From positions 960,001 through 1,024,000 of the forward strand of contig CAWDVE010000010.1 in the NCBI GenBank assembly GCA_963805625.1: 64,000 nt of DNA. The letters run 5' to 3'. Under the pieces are notes generated by a model. The model ran no database searches and was not told the DNA's origin. It saw only the letters and a list, made by a program, of their open reading frames with translations. The translations under genes were made by a program, and so were the position numbers. Numbering within the stretch: the stretch's first letter is position 1; every line of letters starts with the position of its first letter. Shown one piece after another: positions 31,157 through 40,281 of this stretch. Origin of the DNA: an uncultured Candidatus Rokubacteria bacterium. Lineage in GTDB: Bacteria > Methylomirabilota > Methylomirabilia > Rokubacteriales > DASRDR01.

Positions 31157-32212
31157 TCAGATGAGGGACGCCAGCGCGTCGCCGACCTCGCGCGTCGAGG
31201 CCTTGCCGCCGAGGTCGCGCGTCACCGTCTTGCCGTCGGCGACCACCGTCTCGATGGCCCGTACGATGGCGTGAGCGGCGGCGGTGTGCCCCAGGTGCTC
31301 GAGCAGCATGGCCCCGGTCCAGACCTGCGCGACCGGGTTGGCGATCCCCTTTCCCGCGATGTCGGGCGCCGAGCCGTGCACGGGCTCGAACATCGACGGG
31401 TGCTCCTTCTCCGGGTTGATGTTGCCGCCGGGCGCCAGTCCGATCGAGCCCGCGATGGCCGGTCCGAGATCGGAGAGGATGTCGCCGAAGAGGTTCGAGC
31501 CCACCACCACGTCGAACCAGTCGGGGTGCTGGACGAAGTGGGCGGTGAGGATGTCGATGTGGTACTGCGCGGTCTTGACGTCCGGGTACTCCCGCGCCAT
31601 CGCCGCAAAGCGCTCGTCCCAGTACGGCATGCTGTGGATGATGCCGTTCGACTTGGTCGCTGAGGTGACGTGGCGCCGCGCCCGCGTCCGGGCGAGCTCG
31701 AACGCGAAGCGCATCACGCGGTCGCAGCCTTTCCTCGTGAAGACGGACTGCTGGACCGCCAGCTCGTCCTCGGTGTCCCGGTAGAGTCGTCCGCCGATCT
31801 CGGAGTACTCCCCCTCGTTGTTCTCGCGCACGATGACCATGTCGATCTCGGCCGGAGAGCGGTCGGCGAGCGGGGAGCGGACGCCCTTCAGGAGCCGCAC
31901 GGGGCGCAGGTTGACGTACTGCCGGAAGGTCCGGCGGATGGGGATGAGGAGTCCCCACAGGGACACGTGGTCCGGCACGCCGGGGGCGCCCACCGCGCCG
32001 AGGAAGATCGCATCGCAGGCTCGGAGCTGCTCGAGGCCGTCCTCGGGCATCATCCGGCCGGTCTTCGCGAAGCGCTCGCAGCTCCAGTCGAACTCGCTCC
32101 ACGCGAGCTCGAACCCGAAACGCCGCGCCGCCGCCTCGAGAACGCGCTGGCCCTCGGGCACAACCTCCTTGCCGATCCCGTCGCCGGGAATCACCGCGAT
32201 GCGATGGCGCAT
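31157..32212 (-). CDS. ttuC: Tartrate dehydrogenase / D-malate dehydrogenase (decarboxylating)
   Basis: GDGIGKEV, PDHVSLWG, RENNEGEYS, TKSNG..MPYWD, FEPVHGSAPDI. Confidence 0.9.
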   Translation of the reverse strand: MRHRIAVIPGDGIGKEVVPEGQRVLEAAARRFGFELAWSEFDWSCERFAKTGRMMPEDGLEQLRACDAIFLGAVGAPGVPDHVSLWGLLIPIRRTFRQYVNLRPVRLLKGVRSPLADRSPAEIDMVIVRENNEGEYSEIGGRLYRDTEDELAVQQSVFTRKGCDRVMRFAFELARTRARRHVTSATKSNGIIHSMPYWDERFAAMAREYPDVKTAQYHIDILTAHFVQHPDWFDVVVGSNLFGDILSDLGPAIAGSIGLAPGGNINPEKEHPSMFEPVHGSAPDIAGKGIANPVAQVWTGAMLLEHLGHTAAAHAIVRAIETVVADGKTVTRDLGGKASTREVGDALASLI

Positions 32213-32378
32213 GACCCCCCCCTTCATCAGGTGACGTCGGCGGTCCCGCCGCGCGCTGGACGGCACCGCGTCGTCACGGATCCGAGGGTATCCCGCCCAT
32301 CGGACGCGGTCAATGAGACCTCGGCCCTTGGGTGAGCCGCGTCCTTCGGCGACCCAGGTGCCGACCGCCTTGGGCCTG

Positions 32379-33014
32379 CTAGCGCCGATCGAACGCGAGG
32401 CGCGCGCCCAGCACCAGGAGAGCGAACCCGGTCACGGTCTCGATCACGCGACGCACGCCGAGCCGGCGCAGCACGTCGCCCGCCCGCTCGACCACGGCAG
32501 CGTAGACGGCCAGCCAGGCCAGCGTCATCGCGCAGAACAGGAGGCCCAGTGCAAGAAGCGCCGGAAAGGAGGCGCGCCCGCCCGGCGTGAACTGCGGCAG
32601 GAAGCTCGTGAAGAACACCGCCATCTTCGGGTTCCCGAGGTTGCTGAGGACGCCCTGCCGGAAGGCCGTCCACCCTGCCAGCGGCGGGCCGTGGCCGAAG
32701 GCCCCCGCCGGTCCCGCTTCACCGCCGCCCCGTAAGGCGACCCACAGGGCCTGCGCGCCGAGCCACACGAGATAGGCTGCTCCGGCGAGCCGGAGCGCCG
32801 CGAACACCGACGTCGACGCGACGAGCAGCGCGACGATACCGGCGCTCGTGGCCACCGTCCACACGGCTTGTCCGGTCGCCACCCCGAGCGCGGTCCCGAG
32901 GCCGCCACGCCGCCCGCCGCCGAGCGTGTTCCGGATCGTCAGGGCCGTGTCGGGCCCCGGCGTGACGATCACGAGGACGGCAATCCCCAGGAAGGCGACG
33001 AGGCTCGGCTCCAC
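32379..33014 (-). CDS. LysE/RhtB family translocator
   Basis: TPGPD, GAAYL, NLGNPK. Confidence 0.9.
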   Translation of the reverse strand: MEPSLVAFLGIAVLVIVTPGPDTALTIRNTLGGGRRGGLGTALGVATGQAVWTVATSAGIVALLVASTSVFAALRLAGAAYLVWLGAQALWVALRGGGEAGPAGAFGHGPPLAGWTAFRQGVLSNLGNPKMAVFFTSFLPQFTPGGRASFPALLALGLLFCAMTLAWLAVYAAVVERAGDVLRRLGVRRVIETVTGFALLVLGARLAFDRR

Positions 33015-33098
33015 GAGCCCGAGCCTCCACTGCGCCGCCGCACCTCGTCAACGGCCATGAGGCGCGGGCCACGCCCGGCCATTCGCCGGCGGAGACGG

Positions 33099-34013
33099 TC
33101 AGCGCAGACGAAGCTTCGGGTCGATGGCGTCGCGGAGACCGTCGCCGACGAAGTTCGCGGCGAGCGCCACCATGAGGATCGCGACGCCCGGAAAGGTCGA
33201 GATCCACCACTGGGCGGTCAGCTCCCGTCCCTCCGCCACCATGGCGCCCCATTCCGGGGTAGGCGGCACCGCCCCGAGGCCCAGGAAGGACAGGGCCGCC
33301 GTGATGATGATCGCGTTGCCGAAGTCCATGGCCATCAGGACGATCGACGGGGCGGCCGCGTTCGGAAGCACGTGCCGGAGCAGGATACGCCGGTCGCGAA
33401 GGCCGAGCGCTGCCGCCGCGCTGACGAAGTCGCGTGCCTTGAGCGCCAGCACCTGGCCCCGGGCCAGGCGCGCGTACGGCGGCCACCAGACGACCAGCAA
33501 GGCCAGCATCGAGTTCTCGATGCTCGGGCCCAGGGCGGCGGCGATCGCCATCGCCAGGATCAGGGCTGGGAAGGCGAGCACCATGTCCACGATCCGCATG
33601 GTCACCTCGTCGAACCAGCCGCCGAGGTACCCGGCGAGCGCGCCGTACAGCGTCCCGAAGATCGAGGCCACGACCACGACGACGGCGGCGACCGGGAGCG
33701 ACACCCGGCCGCCATAGAGGACACGGGTGAACACGTCCCGCCCCAACCCGTCGACGCCGAGCCAGTGCTCGGTCGAGGGCGCGCCGAGACGGTTGTCGAC
33801 ATCGACCTCGGTCGGGTCGAACGAGGAGAGGAGCGGCGCCAGGACCGACACCGCCACCCAGGCGAGAATGACGAGCGCCCCGAGGACGACCATCGGCTTC
33901 CGGATCAGCTGCAGGAGGACCCGGCGGCCCTCGCTCCGCGACAGCGCCGTGGCAGCGGGACCCAGGGTCCCGTCCGCGACCGCCACCGCGCGCGTTGCCG
34001 ACGCCGTCGCCAT
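33099..34013 (-). CDS. ABC permease (DppC-like)
   Basis: HWLGVDGLGRD, LSFLGLG, GDGLRDAIDP. Confidence 0.92.
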   Translation of the reverse strand: MATASATRAVAVADGTLGPAATALSRSEGRRVLLQLIRKPMVVLGALVILAWVAVSVLAPLLSSFDPTEVDVDNRLGAPSTEHWLGVDGLGRDVFTRVLYGGRVSLPVAAVVVVVASIFGTLYGALAGYLGGWFDEVTMRIVDMVLAFPALILAMAIAAALGPSIENSMLALLVVWWPPYARLARGQVLALKARDFVSAAAALGLRDRRILLRHVLPNAAAPSIVLMAMDFGNAIIITAALSFLGLGAVPPTPEWGAMVAEGRELTAQWWISTFPGVAILMVALAANFVGDGLRDAIDPKLRLR

Positions 34014-35027
34014 CTACGAGTACCGGATCTGGGGGTCGAGCCAGCCGTAGAGGAGGTCGACGACAAAATTCACCAGCGTGTACATGAGCCCGATCACGAA
34101 CGTTGCGCCCATGATGGCGGGAAAGTCGTTGGTGACGGCCGACTGGAACGCGTAGCGGCCGAGCCCGGGCCAGGCGAAGATCGTCTCCGTCATCACCGCC
34201 CCCGAGAGGAGCCCGCCGTAGGCGAGGCCCAGCACGGTCACGGTCGGGATCAGCGCGTTCCGGAGCGCGTGCCGCGCGATCGTGGCCCCTTCCCGCAGTC
34301 CCTTGGCCCGGGCCGTCCGCACGTAGTCCTGGGAGAGCACGTCGAGCATCGATGCGCGCGTCACGCGCGTCACCAGCCCCATGATCGAGCTTGCGAGCAC
34401 CATTCCCGGCAGGATCAGGTGCGCGACCGCGTCACGGAAGGTCCGGTAGTCTCCCGCGAGGAGACTGTCCACCGTGTAGAACCCGGTGACGAACGGCGGC
34501 GAGTCGATCTGGGGGCCGAGCCGGCTGGGGCCGACCGTCCAGTGGAGCGTCGCGTAGAAGACGACGAGGGAGACCGTGGCGAGCCAGAAGATCGGCAGCG
34601 AGACACCGATGAGCGACAGGAGGCGCGCCGCGTGATCGATCACGCTCTCGCGCCGGATGGCGGCCACGACGCCGAGCGGCACGCCGATCACGAGGGCGAA
34701 GAGGACGGCGACGGTGGACAGCTCGATCGTCGCCGGCAGGAACGCCTTGAGGTCCTTGGTGATGGCCCGCCGCGAGTTGATCGAGTTGCCCAGCTCGCCG
34801 CGGGTCAGGTTCCCGAGAAACCTCAGGTACTGGACATGCAGGGGCTTGTCGAGTCCCCACTTCTCCTTGAACGCCTGGACGATCTCGGGCCGCTGGGACG
34901 CCACCTGCCCGAGGTTCGACACGATCGGGTCGGAAGGGACGGCGTGGGCAATGAGGAACGAGATGAGGGTGACCCCCACCAGCGCCACCATCATCAGCCC
35001 GAGGCGTCGCGCAACGTACTTGGCCAT
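34014..35027 (-). CDS. ABC permease (DppB-like)
   Basis: GLDKP, PATIEL, DYVRTARAKG, FAWPGLG. Confidence 0.92.
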   Translation of the reverse strand: MAKYVARRLGLMMVALVGVTLISFLIAHAVPSDPIVSNLGQVASQRPEIVQAFKEKWGLDKPLHVQYLRFLGNLTRGELGNSINSRRAITKDLKAFLPATIELSTVAVLFALVIGVPLGVVAAIRRESVIDHAARLLSLIGVSLPIFWLATVSLVVFYATLHWTVGPSRLGPQIDSPPFVTGFYTVDSLLAGDYRTFRDAVAHLILPGMVLASSIMGLVTRVTRASMLDVLSQDYVRTARAKGLREGATIARHALRNALIPTVTVLGLAYGGLLSGAVMTETIFAWPGLGRYAFQSAVTNDFPAIMGATFVIGLMYTLVNFVVDLLYGWLDPQIRYS

Positions 35028-35039
35028 CGCCTGATAAAG

Positions 35040-35070
35040 CGCGGGGACCGCACCGACTGCGGTCCCCGCG
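35040..35070. repeat. 13-bp perfect stem-loop between binding-protein and permease genes
   Basis: cgcggggaccgca-ccgac-tgcggtccccgcg; typical position for an mRNA-stabilising or attenuating hairpin. Confidence 0.75.
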
Positions 35071-35104
35071 ACGTCTTCGTTGAAGTCCGGGACTGGTTCC
35101 GGCG

Positions 35105-36706
35105 CTACTTCTTGTCCACCGGGTAGATGCGGGCCGCGCCGAGCGGCAGGTACTCGTAGCCCTCGATGTTCGGGCGCACCACGACCTCGGCCTTGCCCTG
35201 GACGAGGTTCACGTACGGGCCGTTCTCGACCAGGTACGCAAGCAACTCCTTGTACATCGCCGACCGCCGCTTCGCGTCGACCTCGGCGTCGGCCTTCTTG
35301 GCCATGTCCTTGGCCGTCGGGTCGTCCCAGCGGAGACGCGGCGCCCAGGTGTGGAGGATCATCTGGCCGGTGAAGTCACTGGCGCCGATGTAGTCGGGCT
35401 GGTTGTACGAGATGACGGCGATCTCACCCTTGGCCCGGTACTGCGTGAGCATCACGGAGAACTCCTGCGGGACGAGCTGGACCTCGACTCCGATCTTCTT
35501 CAGGTCGGACTGGACCTTCTGGGCCACCGACTCGTAGGTGATGCCCGCAGGCGACGGGCCCGTGCCGTACTTGAGCGGGTACTTGAAGCCGTTCGGGAAG
35601 CCCGCCTTGGCCAGGAGCTCCTTGGCGAGGTTCACGTCGAACTTCGGATTCAGCTTGTCGGCGTCCGCCTGCGTCTCGAGTCCCAGGACCCCAATCGGAT
35701 AGACGGCAGGGCCGATGACCGCGCGCCCGTTCGTCAGCTTGATGATGCCGGCGCGGTCCACGGCGTGCCGAAGCGCCTGGCGCACTTCCTTCTTAGCCAG
35801 CGCCGGGTGGAGCGCCGGGTCAACCGTCACGCCCATGTACATGTTGTCGAGCGACTGGCCGACCAGGATCTTCACGTTCTTGTTGTTCTTCATGGCCGCG
35901 GTGAGGTCGGGGGTGACGTTGAGCGCCACGTCCACGTCCCCGTTCTCGACCTGGAGCTTCTGGGTGGCGGGCGAAGGGACGTCGCGCGCCTCGATCTTCG
36001 CGATCTTGGCCGGGCCCTTCCAGTAGGTCGGGTTCCGCTCCATGATGACGACGTTGTTCCTCTGCCAGCCCTTGAGGATGAACGGCCCGCCACCCGCCGA
36101 GTTCTGGTTCAGCCACTCCTCGGCCTTGTCGTCCTTGTCGGCGGTCGCTGAATCGGTCGCCCCGTGCTCCTTCGCGAGCTTCGAGTCCATGATCGCGGCG
36201 TTCGGGCCCGACAGGACGGGCAGCCAGTCGGCGAACGAGTCGTTGAGGACGGTCTTCACCGTCATCGGATCGATGACGACGACCTCCTTGAGCGGGTCCA
36301 TCATCCAGCCCGGGTTGGCCTTGAGGTTCTTGAGCCGCGTCAGGCTGAACTTCACGTCCTCGGCCGTGAACGGATTGCCGCTGGCGAACTTCACGTTGGG
36401 CCGGAGCTTGAAAGTGTACTCCTTGCCGTCCGGCGACACCTTCCACTCGGTCGCCAGGATGGGCAGGAAGGTGTTCAGCTCCTTCGGGCTCTTGTGGGCG
36501 ACCAGCGTGTCGTAGACGTTGAGGTCGACGAAGGCCGCCCCGAACTCGAACTCGCGGCCCGGATCGAGCGTCCTCACGTCCGACTGGTCGAGGGCCATGA
36601 TGAGCGTCTTTCCCCCCGCCGGCTGGGCCAGCGCGGTGGGGCTCGTGCCGCCGATCAGGGCTGCGAGCGAGAGAGCGAGAACAGCGAGTGTCAGGGTGCG
36701 TCTCAT
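35105..36706 (-). CDS. Family 5 ABC substrate-binding protein (DppA-like)
   Basis: Sec signal, TLDP, YDTLV, KFASGNPFTAEDV, GGPF, VRQAL. Confidence 0.92.
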   Translation of the reverse strand: MRRTLTLAVLALSLAALIGGTSPTALAQPAGGKTLIMALDQSDVRTLDPGREFEFGAAFVDLNVYDTLVAHKSPKELNTFLPILATEWKVSPDGKEYTFKLRPNVKFASGNPFTAEDVKFSLTRLKNLKANPGWMMDPLKEVVVIDPMTVKTVLNDSFADWLPVLSGPNAAIMDSKLAKEHGATDSATADKDDKAEEWLNQNSAGGGPFILKGWQRNNVVIMERNPTYWKGPAKIAKIEARDVPSPATQKLQVENGDVDVALNVTPDLTAAMKNNKNVKILVGQSLDNMYMGVTVDPALHPALAKKEVRQALRHAVDRAGIIKLTNGRAVIGPAVYPIGVLGLETQADADKLNPKFDVNLAKELLAKAGFPNGFKYPLKYGTGPSPAGITYESVAQKVQSDLKKIGVEVQLVPQEFSVMLTQYRAKGEIAVISYNQPDYIGASDFTGQMILHTWAPRLRWDDPTAKDMAKKADAEVDAKRRSAMYKELLAYLVENGPYVNLVQGKAEVVVRPNIEGYEYLPLGAARIYPVDKK

Positions 36707-37122
36707 TGAGGCCCGTCCTTCCTGCGCGATGATGATAGTGGTTCCACCCAGCCGCCAGCCGCAAACCGCCCACGACGGCGGCGCCCCCTGGGAGGAGCGC
36801 CCGCCACGGCGCACCGTAAAGCAGGGGGTTCCCGCCTGTCACGTCGGGGGGTTCCCTGACACAGCAGCGCAGGCGCATTGTACCCGAATCGTCCCGAGCG
36901 CGCCGCGCCCCCCGGTCGACCGTCGCCAGCGCCCGTTCGCACGCCCGCTGACGGCCGGTCCGGAGCCGCGCGGTCCGGCGCGGAACCGGCCTGCCCACAG
37001 GTGTACCGCCGTCGTATGATGACGGGAGCATGCCGACCGGAACGCCGAACCCGCCCCCGCGCCGGGCCCGTCAGACCCCTGCGCCAGGGCCCCATCTCAA
37101 GCCCGCGCGAGAGGATGCCGCC

Positions 37123-39090
37123 ATGAAGCTCACGGGAGATTTCTGCGAGAGTCTCTACAGCACGATGGTGAAGATCCGGCGATTCGACGAGAAGGTCGCC
37201 GAGCTCTTCCAGCAGGGCATCGTGAAGGGCACCGCCCACAGCTACGTCGGCCAGGAAGCCGTGGCCGCGGGCGCCTGCGCCAACCTGCGCGAAGACGACT
37301 TCATCGTCTCGAACCACCGGGGCCACGGCCACACGATCGCCAAGGGCGCCCGAATGGATCGCATGATGGCCGAGCTGATGGGGCGCGAGGACGGATACTG
37401 CCGGGGCTTGGGCGGATCGATGCACATCGCGGCGCTCGACCTCAACATCCTCGGGTGCAACGGCATCGTCGCCGCGGGCGTGCCGATCGGCGCAGGGGCC
37501 TCGCTCGCCGCGAAGATCCAGGGCACCGACCGGGTGGCGCTCACGTTCTTCGGGGACGGCGGAGCCAACCAGGGCGTCGTCCACGAGACCATGAACCTCG
37601 CCTCCGTCTGGAAGCTTCCCTTCATCTTCCTCTGCGAGAACAACAAGTACGCCCTCTCCACGGACACGAAGCGCACGACGGCCGGCGAGATCGCGAAGCG
37701 CGCGGCCGGCTACGACATGCCGCACGCGCGCGTGGACGGCAACGACGTGCTCGCCGTGTACGAGGCCGTCAAGGAAGCCGTGGCCCGGGCGCGGCGGGGC
37801 GAGGGCCCGACCTTCGTCGAGGCGGTGACCTACCGGTGGGGCGGCCACAGCATGCGCGCGAACCTCCCCGACTACCGCACCAAGGAGGAGGAGCGCGAGT
37901 GGATCGAGCGCGATCCCATCGTGCGCTTCGGTCACCGAGTAGTGGAGCAGAAGACCCTGACGCCGATGCGGCTCAAGGAGCTCGAGCAGGCGGTCGAGCT
38001 GGCGCTCGACGAGGCGGTGCGCTTCGGAACGGCCAGCCCGGAGCCGACCGTGGAGATGATGGAGGCGTCGGTCTACGCCCCGCACGCCTCGTGGGACGAG
38101 CCGAAGGTGCGGGGCACCCGGCAGCTCGCGATCAACGAGGCCCTCAACGAGGCGCTCCACCAGGAGATGGCCCGGGACTCGCGCGTGTTCGTCATGGGCG
38201 AGGACGTCGGGCTGATCGGCGGGATCTTCCAGGTCACCAAGGGGCTCCGGGACCGCTTCGGCGAGCACCGCGTGCGCGACACGCCCATCTCGGAGGCGAC
38301 CTTCGTCGGGGCGGGCGTCGGCGCGGCGGTGGCCGGCATGCGCCCGGTGGTGGAGATCCAGATCTGGGACTTCATCGCGATGACGATGGACCAGGTCGTG
38401 AACCAGGCGGCGAAGTTCCGCTACATGCTGGGCGGGACGCCCACCGTGCCGCTCGTGATCCGGGGCCCCCAGGGCGGCGGCATCCGCCTGGCCGCGCAGC
38501 ACTCGCAGAGCCTCGAGGCGTGGTTCACCCATGTCCCCGGGCTGGTCGTGATCGCTCCCTCGACGCCGTACGACGCCAAAGGGCTCCTCACCGCGGCGAT
38601 CCGCGACGACAATCCGGTCATCTTCCTCGAGCACAAAGCGCTCTACCCTCTCAAGGGGGAAGTGCCGGAGGAGCCGTATGCGATCCCGATCGGCAAGGCG
38701 GACGTCAAGCGCGTCGGCCGGGACGTCACCGTGGTCGCGACCCAGGCGATGGTCGCCCGCGCCCTCCAGGCGGCCGGGGATCTCGAAAAGGAGGGCGTGA
38801 GCGTCGAGGTCATCGACCCGCGCACGCTGGCGCCCCTCGACGAGACGACGATCCTCGAATCCGTCGGCAAGACGCATCGGCTCGTCATCGCGCACGAGGC
38901 GGTCAAGCGCGGAGGCTTCGGGGCCGAGGTCGCCGCCATGGTCAGCGAGAAGGCGCTGGACGAACTGGACGCCCCGATCGCCCGCGTCGCCGCCCGCTTC
39001 GTCCCGATGCCCTACAACGACAATCTCGAGCGGGCGACGATTCCCTCCAAGGAGGACATCGTCGCCGCGATCCGGTCCCTGCTCGGATGA
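37123..39090 (+). CDS. Fused 2-oxoacid/acetoin dehydrogenase E1 alpha+beta
   Basis: GQEA, HRGHGH, GDGGAN..ENN; GEDVG, DTPISE, QHSQ, EVIDPRT. Confidence 0.93.
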   Translation: MKLTGDFCESLYSTMVKIRRFDEKVAELFQQGIVKGTAHSYVGQEAVAAGACANLREDDFIVSNHRGHGHTIAKGARMDRMMAELMGREDGYCRGLGGSMHIAALDLNILGCNGIVAAGVPIGAGASLAAKIQGTDRVALTFFGDGGANQGVVHETMNLASVWKLPFIFLCENNKYALSTDTKRTTAGEIAKRAAGYDMPHARVDGNDVLAVYEAVKEAVARARRGEGPTFVEAVTYRWGGHSMRANLPDYRTKEEEREWIERDPIVRFGHRVVEQKTLTPMRLKELEQAVELALDEAVRFGTASPEPTVEMMEASVYAPHASWDEPKVRGTRQLAINEALNEALHQEMARDSRVFVMGEDVGLIGGIFQVTKGLRDRFGEHRVRDTPISEATFVGAGVGAAVAGMRPVVEIQIWDFIAMTMDQVVNQAAKFRYMLGGTPTVPLVIRGPQGGGIRLAAQHSQSLEAWFTHVPGLVVIAPSTPYDAKGLLTAAIRDDNPVIFLEHKALYPLKGEVPEEPYAIPIGKADVKRVGRDVTVVATQAMVARALQAAGDLEKEGVSVEVIDPRTLAPLDETTILESVGKTHRLVIAHEAVKRGGFGAEVAAMVSEKALDELDAPIARVAARFVPMPYNDNLERATIPSKEDIVAAIRSLLG

Positions 39091-39133
39091 GCCCCGCCTC
39101 CCATCCTCGCGGCCGTCCGCCGGAGAGGCGGCC

Positions 39134-39463
39134 GTGAGGATGGACGCGATCCCCTTCGACACGACCGACTGGGGCGCGGTCAAGCCGACCCAGCACGCGG
39201 GAGAGACGGGCTCGGCCACCTGGCGGACCCGCGAGGTCGGCGGCATCCGCGTTCGGATGGTCGAGTACTCGCCAGGCTACCGGGCGGATCACTGGTGCCG
39301 GAAGGGCCACGTCCTGCTCGTGCTGGAGGGCGAGCTCGAAACCGAGCTCGAGGACGGGCGGCGCTTCCTCCTCCGCCCGGGGATGACCTACCAGGTCGCC
39401 GACGCCCACGAGGCGCACCGCTCGTCCACGCGGACCGGCGCGCGCCTGTTCATCGTCGACTGA
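39134..39463 (+). CDS. DHCW-motif cupin protein
   Basis: RMVEYSPGYRADHWCRKGH, HRSST. Confidence 0.85.
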   Translation: MRMDAIPFDTTDWGAVKPTQHAGETGSATWRTREVGGIRVRMVEYSPGYRADHWCRKGHVLLVLEGELETELEDGRRFLLRPGMTYQVADAHEAHRSSTRTGARLFIVD

Positions 39464-39479
39464 CTCACGCCGGCCGCCC

Positions 39480-40079
39480 TCAAGGCATGCGGCTCCAGAG
39501 CCAGACCAGGTCCCTCAGGAAGGGGCCACCCCACATGGCGATGGAGAGCAATGAGCCGAACAACAGGACCGCATCGATGCTCAGTCGCCCCTCCCGCTCC
39601 CAATAGACGTCGCGGAACGTGAGCCACAGGGCGAACTCGTCCAGGGTCAGGGCCGAGGCGACGCCGAACAGGAGCGCCGTGAGCTGGGACGTCCACGGGG
39701 GGCCGGCAGCGCTCCCGGTTCCCACCTGGATCAGCCAGAGATAGCCGACCCCGAGCAAGAGCAGAATCCCCCAGACGAGATGATGGATGTGCCCGCCCTT
39801 CGTCACGACATCGTGGAACGGCCCTCGTCCCGCTCGAATCAGATGGGTGATCGTCCGAATCACCGCGAACGCCAGGAAGAAGGCGATCGAGGCCAGGAAC
39901 ATGCGCTCGTGACGCGCGCTCTGGAAGTGAGCCGCGTAGAGCTCGCCGGCCGTGCTCGCCGTCGCGCTCGCCGCAGGTCCGCGACCGCGGTCTTCCAGCA
40001 GCGAGAGAATGCGCGGCACCGTGGCGAACCCGACCAGGCCGAGCAGCAGCGCGACGAACAGGGCACGCCGACTCCGCAC
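39480..40079 (-). CDS. Integral membrane protein
   Basis: HIHHLVWGI, ALTLDEFALWL..DVYW..GR.SIDA. Confidence 0.7.
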   Translation of the reverse strand: MRSRRALFVALLLGLVGFATVPRILSLLEDRGRGPAASATASTAGELYAAHFQSARHERMFLASIAFFLAFAVIRTITHLIRAGRGPFHDVVTKGGHIHHLVWGILLLLGVGYLWLIQVGTGSAAGPPWTSQLTALLFGVASALTLDEFALWLTFRDVYWEREGRLSIDAVLLFGSLLSIAMWGGPFLRDLVWLWSRMP

Positions 40080-40281
40080 GCGGTCATGTTAGCGAAGCAG
40101 AAGGAGGCCCATCAAGATGCAACTGCGTGCCTCGAGGAGGCGCCCCATGGCCGAGGGACGCCGTTCATGGCGGTCGTCGTCGCGCGACTCGTGGCGGGCT
40201 ATCCCCGCCAGGGGGCGACCGCCTGAGGGCAACGGACTCCCAGCGTCACACCGAGGCGCAGGAGGCCTCGGACAACTGCGC

